This document shows, piece after piece, positions 25,166 to 37,358 of a stretch of DNA of 64,000 nt. A program made the position numbers and the translations under genes. The first letter of the stretch is position 1. Every line of letters begins with the position of its first letter. The notes under the pieces were generated by a model that worked only from the letters and a program-made list of their open reading frames with translations, was not told the origin of the DNA and ran no database searches. The DNA comes from Heptranchias perlo (lineage: Eukaryota), in NCBI RefSeq assembly GCF_035084215.1, contig NC_090334.1, positions 44,578,001-44,642,000 of the forward strand. Reading direction: 5' to 3'.

Positions 25166-25339
25166 GTAACATCTGGTGGAGTATCTCCTGCATTAGCTGA
25201 TGGTCAAGCTCGTAACAGCAATATTCTAGATAGCATGACGAAAACTAGTAAGAAATCGACAAGCAACAACAGCCAGTCTGCAAATAAGGAGAAATCATTG
25301 GTCCTAAAACCTCTGATATCAAAACCAAAGACCAAACAG
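25166..25339 (+). CDS. WDHD1: WDHD1 exon
   Basis: cag|GTAACA...AAACAG|gtgcta; VTSGGVSPALADGQARNSNILDSMTKTSKKS...LVLKPLISKPKTKQ. Confidence 0.9.
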
Positions 25340-25409
25340 GTGCTATATTGTTTCAGAATTTGTTTTATTAGAATCAAGACTTACATGTTTTTTAAAAAAA
25401 ATGCAGGAT

Positions 25410-25790
25410 TGGCGGTTCCCCTAGTGGTTCAGTTAAGTGCAGTGCCCAGTGTGGGACTGAGCTGTGCAGGCCAGAAAGTCTCAGGTTGATCCCTGCTCTA
25501 CGCTGAATTGGTTGATCTTGGCCAGAATGGTGGTAAAAGGACTGCTAATACTACTACTGTCCTCTGTGGCCCTGCGTTAGGAGTTTCCCCTCCTCATCAC
25601 TATTGAGTATCTCTATCTGGAAAGTGATGTGCAGACATTTCGTTCGGACACAAGTGGGTCTGGTAATGGTGTCCCTGTAGTTGAATAACATCCTGAAGCT
25701 CGCTGCCTCTGCTCACATGTGAAAAATGGCCACGATAGTTGACATTAGTAAACATCCATGGAACAAATACTGGATTAAAGTTCAAGGGAA
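25410..25790 (+). mobile_element. Old tRNA-headed SINE
   Basis: tagtggttcagttaag...caggttgatccct head; a related minus-strand relic lies at ~56490-56660. Confidence 0.5.
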
Positions 25791-25932
25791 ATATTTCACA
25801 CAATACATATCAAAATTCGACGATTAAAAAAGCAAGTTGTGAGTGTGCTACTTTTGGTGTAGCTCCAGAGATATGCCCAAATAATTTTTCAGAATATTAA
25901 AAGTTGATTTTGTAATTATCTGTGCAGTTACA

Positions 25933-26821
25933 TTGGGCATGGAGAAGGGGGGGGAGGGGCGACGGAGATAATCGGCCACGCAACCCAGAAGCTAAGTTGG
26001 CGCATCGCGATCTGCGGTCACGACCTTTGTGAAGTCAATAAATTTTACTTCTGAGCTTTGCGCCCGGCAGCCCAACTGATTGACTGGTTGTCAGGGTGGA
26101 AGGCTAGGGATCGGAGAAAAAGAAGGATGGGATCGTGGGCCGTGGAGGACATTGCAGGGGGAGGCTGATGCCAGGAGGAGATCTGGCAGGGGGTGCAGGG
26201 GCTGATGGAAGGACATCGGGTGGCATGGGTGGGGGCGGCTAATGTCAGGAAGAGATCGGAGGCCGCTCAAAGAGGAGGGAGAAATCGGAGGTTGCTCGCA
26301 AATCGGGAGAAGAGATCAGAAGTCGGGTGAAGAATTAGAGGTCGGGGTGGGGGGGTGGCGCTCCAGGATCGGTGGGAGGGACCGATTGCGGGGTGATGTC
26401 GCACCAGATGAGCTTGTTGGGCCTGGATGAAGCACACCTGCTCCTCCGGGCCCACAAGCAGTGCAATAAAGGCACTCACATCGTGAATCCAGCCCTTCCC
26501 ACCTGCTTTCACCTGACTTGGATCAGAAGCGATGGGAAACCTGAACAGGTAAGGTTAAAGTTGTTTGACTTTTACAATACACAAAGAATCAAGTACCGCA
26601 ACTATTTCAATGAGGTTCATTGCCCCTTTAAATATTAGCCTGCCAGCTTTAAGTGAGGGCGAGACGTCAGGTTGCCTGTTGTGTGCATGCATCCAAACGC
26701 GCTTGGTCAAACCCGGAAGTAGGCGCGTTGGAGCCGGGACGCGGTCCCGCTCCCAAAATCCGCTACTTTTACTGCCCACCTGCCCCCAACCCACCCGTTC
26801 TCGGGGGTTAAAATTATCCCC
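25933..26821. mobile_element. GC-rich non-autonomous Harbinger-like element
   Basis: Abrupt CpG-rich block; subterminal aacccggaagt...gttggagccggg shared with the Harbinger end at ~36170-36200; ends AAAATTATCCCC. Confidence 0.6.
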
Positions 26822-27146
26822 ATTATCTCAGAAAACAATACAGTTGCAAGCTAGTCTTTAAAAATGTTTTTTTGAAGTGTTTTGCAGCTCTAGCACTGTA
26901 AAATTAAATGTAAAAATAAAAACTTGATCTTTTAAAGCTCTCATGTGATGATAATTACATTAGAGCTCTTTACTTGTGTAATTAGTTTGTGTAAGTTAAA
27001 TTTGATTACAACTGAAGCTAGTCCTACCCTTACCTGCAATTAATTCAGAACTAATCCTGTATGACAAAAGAACCATAATTTTTGTTTGAACATTAGGGCT
27101 GATAATCTAGTTTGGCATCTTGTTTCACTTTTCTTATTTTTCAAAG

Positions 27147-27271
27147 ACCCAAACTACACTGTTCCAGTCAACCATCCCTAAATCCAGCAGTAAAACTGTG
27201 GAAGAAAAAGCAGCTGAGGCTAAGCCTGTACAAACGATCAACCCTGAAAGCAAAAACACAGAAAACAAAAA
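27147..27271 (+). CDS. WDHD1: WDHD1 exon
   Basis: aag|ACCCAA...AAAAA|gtgagt; TQTTLFQSTIPKSSSKTVEEKAAEAKPVQTINPESKNTENK; phase 0 to 2 fits its neighbours. Confidence 0.8.
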
Positions 27272-27593
27272 GTGAGTGCTTTTAACATTATACGCAAAGG
27301 ATGTGCACTTTAGATAACTTTTTATACAGCCATAAAATTTAACAATTTGTGTTGGAGACCATAGCAGATTTTTTTTTTGAAACCTCGTGAATTGTGACTT
27401 GTTTGCTGAAAATTAGTCATTTCAAAGTTCACTTTGTGTTGCCAGATAGTTACCACACAGATTCTGCTTTGAAATTTAGTTATATTATTTCCACGATCAC
27501 TGCTGGCTTGTAATTCCTAACTACTTAATGCTTGAGACCAGAAAACAATATTTTGTTACAATAAAATAATAGTGTGTTTTTTTTTGGAAAAAG

Positions 27594-27729
27594 GCCTAAG
27601 ACAGGTTTCCAACTCTGGTTAGAAGAAGGCCGAGGGGATATTGTCGCTGAGAGTCCAGGTTTGACAGAAGAAGAAATAATTAAGGAAGGCATGAATAGAT
27701 TCCGCATTCTGTCATCTGAGGAGAGGAAG
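27594..27729 (+). CDS. WDHD1: WDHD1 exon, HMG box
   Basis: aag|GCCTAAG...AGGAAG|gtatga; PKTGFQLWLEEGRGDIVAESPGLTEEEIIKEGMNRFRILSSEERK. Confidence 0.93.
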
Positions 27730-29009
27730 GTATGAGAACTCAATCCTGGTATTTAGGTTTTAGCATTTTTGATGTACTTAACCATCAATTTTTTTTGTCT
27801 GATCTTAATAATTAATAAGCTTCATTTGACGAAGTTTAATTGAAATCTCCGAATAATTAAGAATTATTAGCTAGGACAATCTATTTCCATTGATTCCAAA
27901 GAAAATGTATTTGCTTGGGCAAATAATGGTTCATAATCATTCCCTTGACTTGTATCCTGTTCTTTTGGCTATATAGTTCAACATGGTTTCCATTGCTGTT
28001 TTGCTTTGGTTAAATTGGTTGGAGATAGATGTAAGAGAACCCATTAACTATTTTAGAAATATCTGTTTTAATACAATGGCAGATATTTGAATCTCGTCAA
28101 ATCTGTGTAGTGAAGCTAATGCACAACAGACACCCCACATTTACTATGAGTATATAGATTTAAATCTGTAGGTCTAAATAGGTTAAATTGATACAAAATA
28201 AATCTGTTTAGGTGTGTTAAGGCACATCCACTATGCTGAAAGTTATTTTCATGAATACTGGGAAATCTAGCAGCAATCAGATTGGAAACAGCTTTGTCAC
28301 CAGTGCTACTTGATCTTGATTGCACTGCTCACAGACTACAAAACAAAATGTAACTGAATAGGTTTGAAGTGGATGTTGCTGAGGAACCATACCTATGTAA
28401 ATTTAGTAGTAGTGATTTTGTTTCTTTGTGAACTGATGACATTGTTATTTAAGCAGGCTTGGCAGATGCAGAAACATATCAGTTTAGGTTCACTTAATTG
28501 GAGGATAAAATTGGAGAGTGAAAAATGGAATTTTACAGAAGGGCTTCTTGCAGCTGGCGTTTGTGCTTTGAACTTGAAATGAATTTGAGGTGATAAGTCT
28601 TAAAGCTGTAGATAAGGAGTTGCAGTTTGACGGTGAGTAAAGATTTGGGTTGACCAGCCAACTTGTCGTTTCATGTTTGATCTTCTTTTCTCTTTTGAAA
28701 ATGGAGTATTGCCATTACAACAGCTTTGCTTCAGGCTTTATTTTCAATTGATTGGGAATCAGTTGTACAAAGGGGAAAAAAAAGCAATTCATGAGGAGCT
28801 TCAAGGTATGTAAAAATCCTGCAAATAAACTGAAACCCAAACCCAAAATTATTTTCTTTGCTAAGGAGGAATTAAGTATGACCAAAAATATTTCCATGAA
28901 GAAAAAGCATGGAGGAACTGCAGAACTTAATTTTAAATTGCAGGCGGCAAGAACACCTACCCCAAGCCAGTGCGATCCTCTTTAAATATGCAGAATCTAG
29001 AGTGCTTTG

Positions 29010-30880
29010 GAAAATTATGACTAACACATCTGCAATTTCCTTACCTATTTATTTTAATACCTTGGGGTGAAAACCATCAAGTCCTAGAGATGTGTCTTAT
29101 CTTAAGTCCCATTATTTTTTCCATTACCCTTTTTTAAACTTATATTAAATCGAATGTTCCCCCGCCACCCCCCAACCTTAATTTATTTTTACGTTTCCTT
29201 ATACCGGTGGTATTTTGTATTCTTCTTCCACTGTGAAAATGGATGCAATATTAATTTAACAAGTCTACCATTTCCTTATTATCCATTATAGTCTCGACTG
29301 CATCCATCTTTAATAGGGCAACGTTCCCCTTTACCACTCTCTCTTAATATGTAAAAACATTTGGGTTAGCTTTGATATCTCTGGCAAGTTTTTTTTCATA
29401 GTCCCTTTTTGCATCTCTTAATGCTTTCTTTGTATCCCTTTGTTGCTTTTTATAGCCCTCCCAGTCTGCTGGATTATCACTTTTCCTTGTATTTATATGA
29501 GCTGTTTCTTTTAGCTTGATACTATTTCTAACGTCATTTGTTGACCATGGTTGCTTAACTATAAAAGTGGAGTCTTTACCTTTTACGGGTATGTGCTGGT
29601 TTTGTACCAAGTACTTCTTTGAATACTTCCGACTGTTTGTCTGCAGGTTTATCCATTAACAGTTCAGCCCAGTTTTACTGCAATTAATTCATTTCTCATC
29701 CTTTTGAAGTTTGCCTTACTTAAATTTAAAACCTTGGATTGTGACTCTCCTTTCTGCCTCTCAAACCTAATATCAAACTCAATCAAAAGCAAAATACTGC
29801 AGATGCTGGAAATCTGAAATAAAAACTGAAAATGCTGGAGAAGCTCAGTAAGTCAGGCAGTTCTGACGAAAGGTCTTCGACCTGAAACATTAACTCTGTT
29901 CATTTCTCCACAGGTGCTGCCTGACTTGCTGAGCTTCTCCAGCATTTTCTGTTTTTATATCAAATTCAATTATCATATGGTCACTATTTGCAAGATGTTC
30001 CCATACAGTCAGATAGTTGACTTGTTCTGGTTTGTTGCTCGTCACTAAATTGAGTATGGCCTGTTCCCATGTTGGTACGAAAACATATTGTTCTAGAAAA
30101 CTGTCCCAATTACATTCTAAAAATTAATTGTTTTACTACTTGAGCTGTTCTGCTTCACCCAGTCTATGAAAATGAAAATCTCCCATTTATACAACACCCT
30201 CCGCACCAACCCCCCCACCTCCCTACATCACTATTATCATGAGGCCTGTAGATAATTCCCACCAGAGTCCTAACTCTACACGGTGTTTCCACTGCGTGAT
30301 CATCCTTACTGAAATCCCTTGTTCTTACTGCTATAATTGTGTATTTTATCAATATTGATACTCCCCACATCTTTCCTAGTTTCCCCTGTCATTTCTAAAG
30401 ATACTATGGACTGGAATATTTAGCTACCTATCATACTTGGGTTGTAGCCAGGTCGCTGTAATGCCTACTACATTATACCCTTTAAGTTGAATGTGTGCTT
30501 CTAACTTGTGTTATTTCTTATGCTATCTGCATTTGTATGCATAACTCTTATCTGGGTAACTCTTCCCACTTTGCCCATAATATGTCCTGGATATTTCTTC
30601 ATACTTTTTGACTTGGGTTGTGGATTTTCCTCTCTCATCACCCCTCTCCCCCCCCCCCCCCCCACCCCCCCCCAACTAGTTTAAATTTTTGCCCACTTTC
30701 CTATTTACCCTTTCTGCAAGGACACTGGTGCCTCTCCAGTTTAGGTGAAGGCATCCCATCTGTACAGCTTTCCCTGGCTCCAAAAGTGGTCCCAGTGTCC
30801 CAGGAATCTCAAACACTCCCTTTTACGCAATCGTTCCAGCCATGCATTGATTCCTAATCTTTCTTTCCCTGTTTGGTCCA
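29010..30880 (-). mobile_element. Old CR1 LINE fragment (end of ORF1, endonuclease, linker)
   Basis: LVGIIYRP and AKRDYEKKLARDIKANPNVF on the minus strand. Confidence 0.75.
29784..29956 (+). mobile_element. Short non-autonomous Penelope-derived fold-back element with a hammerhead-like core
   Basis: Inverted arms 29821-29860 and 29917-29956; GTT-CTGACGA-AAGGTC-TTC-GACCT-GAAA-CATT-AAC; flanking near-TSD atatcaaa(c/t)tcaat. Confidence 0.7.
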
Positions 30881-31357
30881 GTGTGTGGAAAAAAAAATCA
30901 CAGCTAGCCCACTAATTACCAGATTTTTTTTTTTGAATTCAGATTCAAAACTTGACAGAGTGAGATTTTTGGGTTGCTAGTCCAGTACCATAATCACTAA
31001 GCTGTCATACCCAGCTCTGTGTATATATTTTTTCTTGTAATAAGCAATTTGTAGTTTAGCTTGCAATATACGATCTGTCAACATGTTCTTTTCTTTCTCT
31101 TGGAGAGATCAGGAGTATACAGTGAACATCCTGTGCTATTTCTGGTATAACCCAGTAATGAAAGAGTAGATTGTTAACTCCAAGACATGCTAATTCCAAT
31201 GGATTACATGCATAAGGTTAAGTTTCAGAAGTGTTCACCTTTTTCTGGAAGCTGCCTTTTGAGGTGAGGTCTAGTACAATGTTTAGAGATGGCCCAAATT
31301 GTAACATCCACACCAGTGCAGTTTTAAATTATTCTTGCGGCAAATTTTATTTTCCAG

Positions 31358-31573
31358 GCCTGGACGGAGAAAGCTAAAAGAAGTGGAAGCATCAACAATA
31401 CGCCTGATGCAGAAGATGTCAAAAAACGCAAGCGTGTGGAGGAGTTAAGTGAAGATGAACCAGAAAATAAAAAGGAAAATTCTGAAGAACACGAAAGCTT
31501 GGCCAAAAAGCAAAAACCACAGCACCTATCCACAAATTCAAGGTTGTCTGCCTTTGCCTTCAAAAATAACTAA
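31358..31573 (+). CDS. WDHD1: WDHD1 last coding exon (end of HMG box, NLS-like KKRKR, stop)
   Basis: cag|GCCTGG...AWTEKAKRSG...VKKRKRVEE...STNSRLSAFAFKNN*; TAA at 31571-31573. Confidence 0.95.
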   Translation, partial: AWTEKAKRSGSINNTPDAEDVKKRKRVEELSEDEPENKKENSEEHESLAKKQKPQHLSTNSRLSAFAFKNN

Positions 31574-31634
31574 CAATGCTGCATTTTACTTCAACACGGT
31601 TTGAACATATTAGTATCTTTGTTTAACCTCATTT

Positions 31635-32537
31635 ATTAAATATAATTGTTGATGGTGAAGCAGTTTAGACAAAACTTGTATTATATATAATGTTCTTAAA
31701 ATTATTTTGCTGTATTTTGGGGATTTAATATGAACTTCACGTTAACAATGTAAATTGTACTCACGATTCATCTCGTGATTCATCCCATGTGGCGAGCTCT
31801 CCATTTCAGCTAGACAATGTTTTTGAGTGGAACAGAGGTACTTTTTTATGGGGAGGGAAGAACAGTTGGACATCTCATAGGAACAGGAGTAGGCCGTTCA
31901 GCCCTTCGAGCCTGTTCCACCATTCAATTAGATCTTGGCTGGTCTCTATCTTAACTCCATCTACCCGCCTTGGTTCTGTAACCCTTAATACCCTTGCCTA
32001 ACAAAAATCTTGTATCTGGTTTAGGTGCAATTAACAGAGGATCAGGGACCAGATACCTACCAGCATTTGTTAACTGGAATGGTGTGTAGTACAAAAGGGG
32101 GGGGGGGGTAAGAAATGTGAATAAATCAAATGAACTTTCACTGAAACTACTATGTGTTTTTATACATTTTACTATATTGTAAATAATGACATTAGAAATG
32201 TGATTGTCTTTATATAGCTGTTGTGAACCATAATATAGTGGGGTTTGGAGATTTAATTGGCACAATCTGCTCAATTGTGAATTTATTGGAATACAGTTTT
32301 TAATAAGCTGCTGCTCTTGCTTGGCAGCTGCCGTTAATCAGTCTAGTTAACTCCAGTTACTCGTCCACTTCATGCAAATAAATGTAGATCAAAATATTCA
32401 CTGATTTTCATGTTTTGGTATTTACATTTTAATGTATTACATCCTCCAAGTTGTTGAATTTTGTTTGGTTACAAGTTTTCACTTTTCTGTGTTGTTTGCA
32501 TTTTTATGTATGTGATGTTATTTTGACAGGAATTAAA
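31635..32537 (+). promoter_or_regulatory. Candidate WDHD1 polyadenylation signals
   Basis: ATTAAA at 31635, AATAAA at 32120 and 32377, ATTAAA at 32532 followed by GT-rich sequence; the site actually used is unknown. Confidence 0.4.
31877..32030 (-). mobile_element. CR1 3' tail fragment in or near the WDHD1 3' UTR
   Basis: cataggaacaggagtaggcc tail; minus-strand GKGIKGYRTKAGRWS. Confidence 0.8.
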
Positions 32538-33430
32538 CTGAATCTATTTTGAGTATTTGTGTTTCTCATAGATTTAAAATAGGTTTTGAAGAGTGGTACA
32601 ATGTGTTGAAATACCAGCAGGTGTCACACTGAAAAGGAGAGATGGCAAAGGTTCATTTTGGTCATGAACTACCTTTTTGGTACTCGAGCACTTCCCTTTT
32701 GCATCATGGTTTTCTCCAGCATATAAAATTGATGCTTCATTCCTAAAAGGTAAAAGTAATTTAGATGAAGATAAATGTGACAATCTAATTAATAGTAATA
32801 CGATATTGTGGATAGAATGGATTGTCTTAAATAATCAGAAACAACATGATTATGCCTCAGTATACAAGGTGCAGGGTATCATGAAAAGGTAAAACTGTGT
32901 GCACACAGCTGTCTTAATATGTTTGTTAGCCAGCATAGTTAGTGTCCCGTATACTTGTAAAAGGTTGAGATCAAAAATCTGAGCTTTGAAAATGCAGTGA
33001 CTGGGAGGTGTTAAGGGAATGTAACTGTTATACAGGTTTTTTAAACTTTGGTAGCAATGAGCACAGTCCAGAGAGATGGAATCAAATCTCTAGTTTCTCT
33101 CCTACCTCCCCTCATGCTCGCTACGAGCTCATCTTGACCATAACCTGCTCGCTCGACCCTATTCTACTAAACTGCTGACCACCCAACTTCCCTTCCTGGC
33201 CCCCATGTTAACTGATATTGTTAATGGTTCCCTCTCCTCAGGTATTGTCCCCCTCCCCTTCAAATCTGCCATCACCACCCCCTCCTCATAAAACCCACCC
33301 TTGACCCCTCTGTCCTTGCAAACCTCGGCCCCATCACCAACCTCCCTTTCCTCTCCAAAGTCCTTGAATGTTTTGTCGCCTCCCAAAACCGTGCTCATCT
33401 TTTCTGCAACTCCATGCTTGAATCCCTCCA

Positions 33431-36400
33431 TAAGAGATAGGAGCAGGAGTAGGCCATTCGGCCCCTCGAGCCTGCTCTGCCATTTAATGAGATCATGGCT
33501 GATCTGATTTTTATCTCAACTCCACTTTCCCGCCTTTTCCCCATATCCTTTGACTCCCTTGCTGATCAAAAATTCGTCTAACTCTGTCTTGAATGTATTC
33601 AATGACTCAGCCTCCACAGCTTTTTGGGGTAAAGAATTCCAAAGATTCACGACCCTCTGGGAAAAGAAATTCCTCCTCATTTCCATCTTAAACGGGCGAC
33701 CCCTTATTCTGAGACTATGCCCCCTAGTTTTAGATTCCCCCATGAGGGGTAATATCCTCTCAGCATCTACCCTATCAAGTCCCCTCAGAACCTTGTATGT
33801 TTCAATGAGGTCTCCTCTCATTCTTCGAAACTCCAATGAGTATAGACCCAACCTGTTCAATATTTCCTCATAAGACAACCCTTCCATACCCGGAATCAAC
33901 CTAGTGAACCTTCTCTGAACTGCCTCCAATGCAAGTATGTCCTTCCTTAAATAAGGGCACGGAACTGTATGCAGTACTCCAGGTGTGGTCTCACCAGCAC
34001 CCTGTACAGTTATAGCATGACTTCCCTGCTTTTATACTCCATACCCCTGGAAATAAAGGCCAATATTCCGTTTGCCTTCCGGATTACCTGCTGCACCTGT
34101 ATATTGACTTTTTGTGTTTCATGTATGAGGACACCCAGATCCCTCTGTACTGCAGCATTTTGTAGTATTTCTCCATTCAAATAATATTTTGCTTTTTTAT
34201 TTTTCCTCCCAAAGTGGATGACTTCACATTTTCCCACATTATATTCCATCTGCCGAATTTTTGCCCATTCACTTAACCCGTCAATAGCCCTTTGCAGACA
34301 CTTTGGGCTTGATGTTACCAGGGCTGCGGGTTCGCGGCCTAATTGGATCCACTTACCTGGTCTTCCGGGTTCCCCACTGCTGATCTACACGTCGGGCGGG
34401 CTGCGCATGCGCAGTAAGCTCTGTCAGCTGGAGGAGCTCTATTTAAAGGGGCAGTCCTCCACTGACAGAAGCTGCAACAAATAGCAAAAACTACAGCATG
34501 GAGCAGCCCAGGGGGAAGGCTGCTCCCAGTTTAATGATGCCTCACTCCAGGTATCATTAGATAGGGGGAGGGGGAGGACAGAGATCTTCCCGCGGGCAGG
34601 AGGAAGCAGCCTGCCTCTGCCACCAGGGAGGCCTGGCTCAAGGTGGCAGAGGAGGTCACCTGCACCACCAACATATCGCCCACCTGCATACAGTGCAGGA
34701 GGCGCTGCAATGTCCTAAGTAGGTCAGCCAAAGTGAATACACTTACTCATTCCCCTACACTCCGTCTGCCACATAACTGCCCCCACCCCACATCTCCTTC
34801 TGCACTGCCAACACTACTCTGTCACATCACCCCTCATACCCACTCAAACCTCATCCTCATCTTACCTGCACTTACTCACCTCGCCAGTACTCATCCCGCC
34901 ACTACCACTCAACCCATTCCTCATACAATCTCATGGCTCTATCTCATACTCACCCTCTCGTGCATCTCTTTCACAGTCAGCCTCACTCAACCTGCCACTA
35001 CCTGTGCTGCAGCCACAGGGCATGCATCACATATGTGCAGTAGGAAGCGTAAGGCAAACGTGTCGTGAGCATGAAGGGGATGCACAAGGGTGTTTGAGGG
35101 TTTGTCATGGTTTTTACTTATATTGAATTTCTGACCAACTCACATTACATATTATATTGGCACCACCACTGCCACGTCTTTGCGAATCTTGTCTGGTTTG
35201 TGCAATAATGCCCTTTCCTGAGGATCACAATGAAGACCCACAACTGATGACACCCATTGTGTCACTGCAGAGTGGGTGTAGGTGTATTTGCAGGGCTCTT
35301 TTGTGCAAACGACTGAGGGATGTCGGCGATGTACCCGGTTGCACCCTGGAAGGATGTGGAGGAGAAGTTGTTGAGGGCAGTGGTGACTTTGACAGAGACA
35401 GGTAAGAAGATGGTGCTTGGGCCAACCGGGAGCAGCTCGGCATGAAGGAGGCTGCAGATGTCCACGACTACATGTCGAGTGACTCTGAGCCTCCGTGTGC
35501 GCTGCTGCTCAGAGAGGTCCAGGAAGCTGAGCCTCGGTCTGTGGACCCTGTGGCGAGGGTAGTGCCCTCTGCGACGCATCTCTCTCTGCGGTAGCCCTCC
35601 CTCCTGCTGTGCAGGTGGATGTGTCACAGCACTGTGTTGTGGAGCTCCACATGTCAGAGGTGGACGGCGAGGCTGGTGATGCTGTTCGCCCTCCGAGGTG
35701 GTCATGACTGTAGCTACGGCGGCCCCCATCCAAAAGATGTACATCTGAGGGGGTCTGCAAGGTAGGTACATGTCTGGACCCCGGGGTAAGTGTGCAAGTT
35801 GGTGACTTTGATTGTCAGGAGGAGGGTGGTGGAGGCCAAACTTTGTCCAAAGTGACAGAGTGGCCTCCTGCAATGAGTGAGGGTCTTCCCCCCGCCCCCC
35901 CCCCCACCACCTGTCAAATGGACCGTTGCAGCTGCCACAGGCTGACAGCTGCAACATGTCCATTTCAACTGGGAGTGTTTCCCCCAGTATGGGAAAAAGT
36001 CCCAGTTGTCTTTAAAATCCCACCCCTCCTCACATAATCCCTTAATCAGGTCTGTTAATGACCTGAAATAGCTAGATAAATATTGTCAAGTGGCACCCCG
36101 CTGGCTTTAATTGCCTGCGGGAGTCCCACATGCGGGGTCTGCGCGCGCACGTCGACGCGTCTATGGGGAACCCGGAAGTGGACGGGTTGGAGCCGGGCTC
36201 CCGACCCGCTCCGGGATTCCCCGGCCAGGAACCCACCCGATAGCGGTTTCTAAAATGAAGCCCCTAGTGTCCTCATCACAACTTGCATTTCCACCTATCT
36301 TTGTATCATCAGCAAATTTGGCCACAAGACACTCTGTTCCTTCATCCAAGTCATTGATATATATTGTAAATAGTTGAGGCCCCAGCACTGAGCCCTGTGG

Positions 36401-37320
36401 CACCCCACTAGTTACAGATTGCCATTTTGAAAATGACCCTTTTATCCCGACTCTTTGTTTTCTGTTAGTTAGCCAATCCTCTATCCATGCCAGTATATTA
36501 CCCCCAACACCATGAGGTCTTATCTTGTGCAGTAATCTTTTATGTGGCACCTTATCGAATGCCTTTTGGAAATCCAAATATACTACATTCATTGGTTCCC
36601 CTTTATCCACCCTGCCCGTTACTTCCTCAAAGAACTATAATAAATTTGTTAGACGTGATTTCCCCTTCATAAAACCATGTTGACTCTCCTTGATTGTATT
36701 ATGAGTCTCCAAATGTCCTGCTACTACTTCCTTAATAGTGGATTCTAGCATTTTCCCAATGCCAGATGTTAGGCTAACTGGTTTATAGTTACCTGCTTTC
36801 TGTCTCACTCCCTTCTTGAATAGGGGTGTTACGTTTGCGGTTTTCCAATCCGCTGGGACCTTTCCAGAATCTAGTGAATTCTGGAACATTACAACCAAAT
36901 GCATCCACTATCTCTGTGGCCACTTCCTTTAAGACTCTGATACAAGCCATCAGGTTCAGGGGACTTGTCAGCCTTTAGACCCATTAGTTTACCTAGTACT
37001 TTTTCTCTAGTGATTGTGATTGTTTTTAGTTCCTCCCTCCACTTTGCCCCTTGATTATCTATTATTGGTATGTTACTAGTGTCTTCTACTGTGAAGACAG
37101 ATACAAAATATCTGCTCAATTCCTCTGCTATTTCCTTCTTTTCCATTATTATTTCCCCAGTCTCAACCTCTAAGGGACCAATGTTTACTTTAGCTACCCT
37201 CTTCCTTTTTATATACTTGTAGAAGCTTTTACTGTCAGTTTTTACATTTCTTGCTAGTTTACTCTTATAATTTATTTTCTCCCTCTTTATATTCTTTTAG
37301 TCATCCTATGCTGGTTTTTA
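33431..37320 (-). mobile_element. CR1 LINE (5'-truncated) inside the L2, interrupted by a Harbinger
   Basis: YLDFQKAFDKVPH, GVPQGSVLGPQLF, KFADDTK (36161-36610); 3' ORF end at 33516-33929. Confidence 0.9.
34305..36263. mobile_element. Internally deleted Harbinger transposon with a Myb/SANT gene (+, from ATG 34498) and transposase N-terminus (-, ~35262-35700)
   Basis: Imperfect TIR GGGCTTGATGTT / AAAATGAAGCCC; AWLKVAEEV..IQCRRRCNVL; HARBI1-like LSFLDLSEQQ..RLR..LPVSVKVTTALNNFSSTSFQ. Confidence 0.85.
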
Positions 37321-37358
37321 CGGTATGTCAGGTTTCCGCCGCTGCCACAGTACTGAAA

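Noticed and set aside
25161-25171. CAG|GTAAC as a recursive splice site at the end of the long intron
   Set aside because: Fully explained by the Val-Thr codons that start the WDHD1 exon
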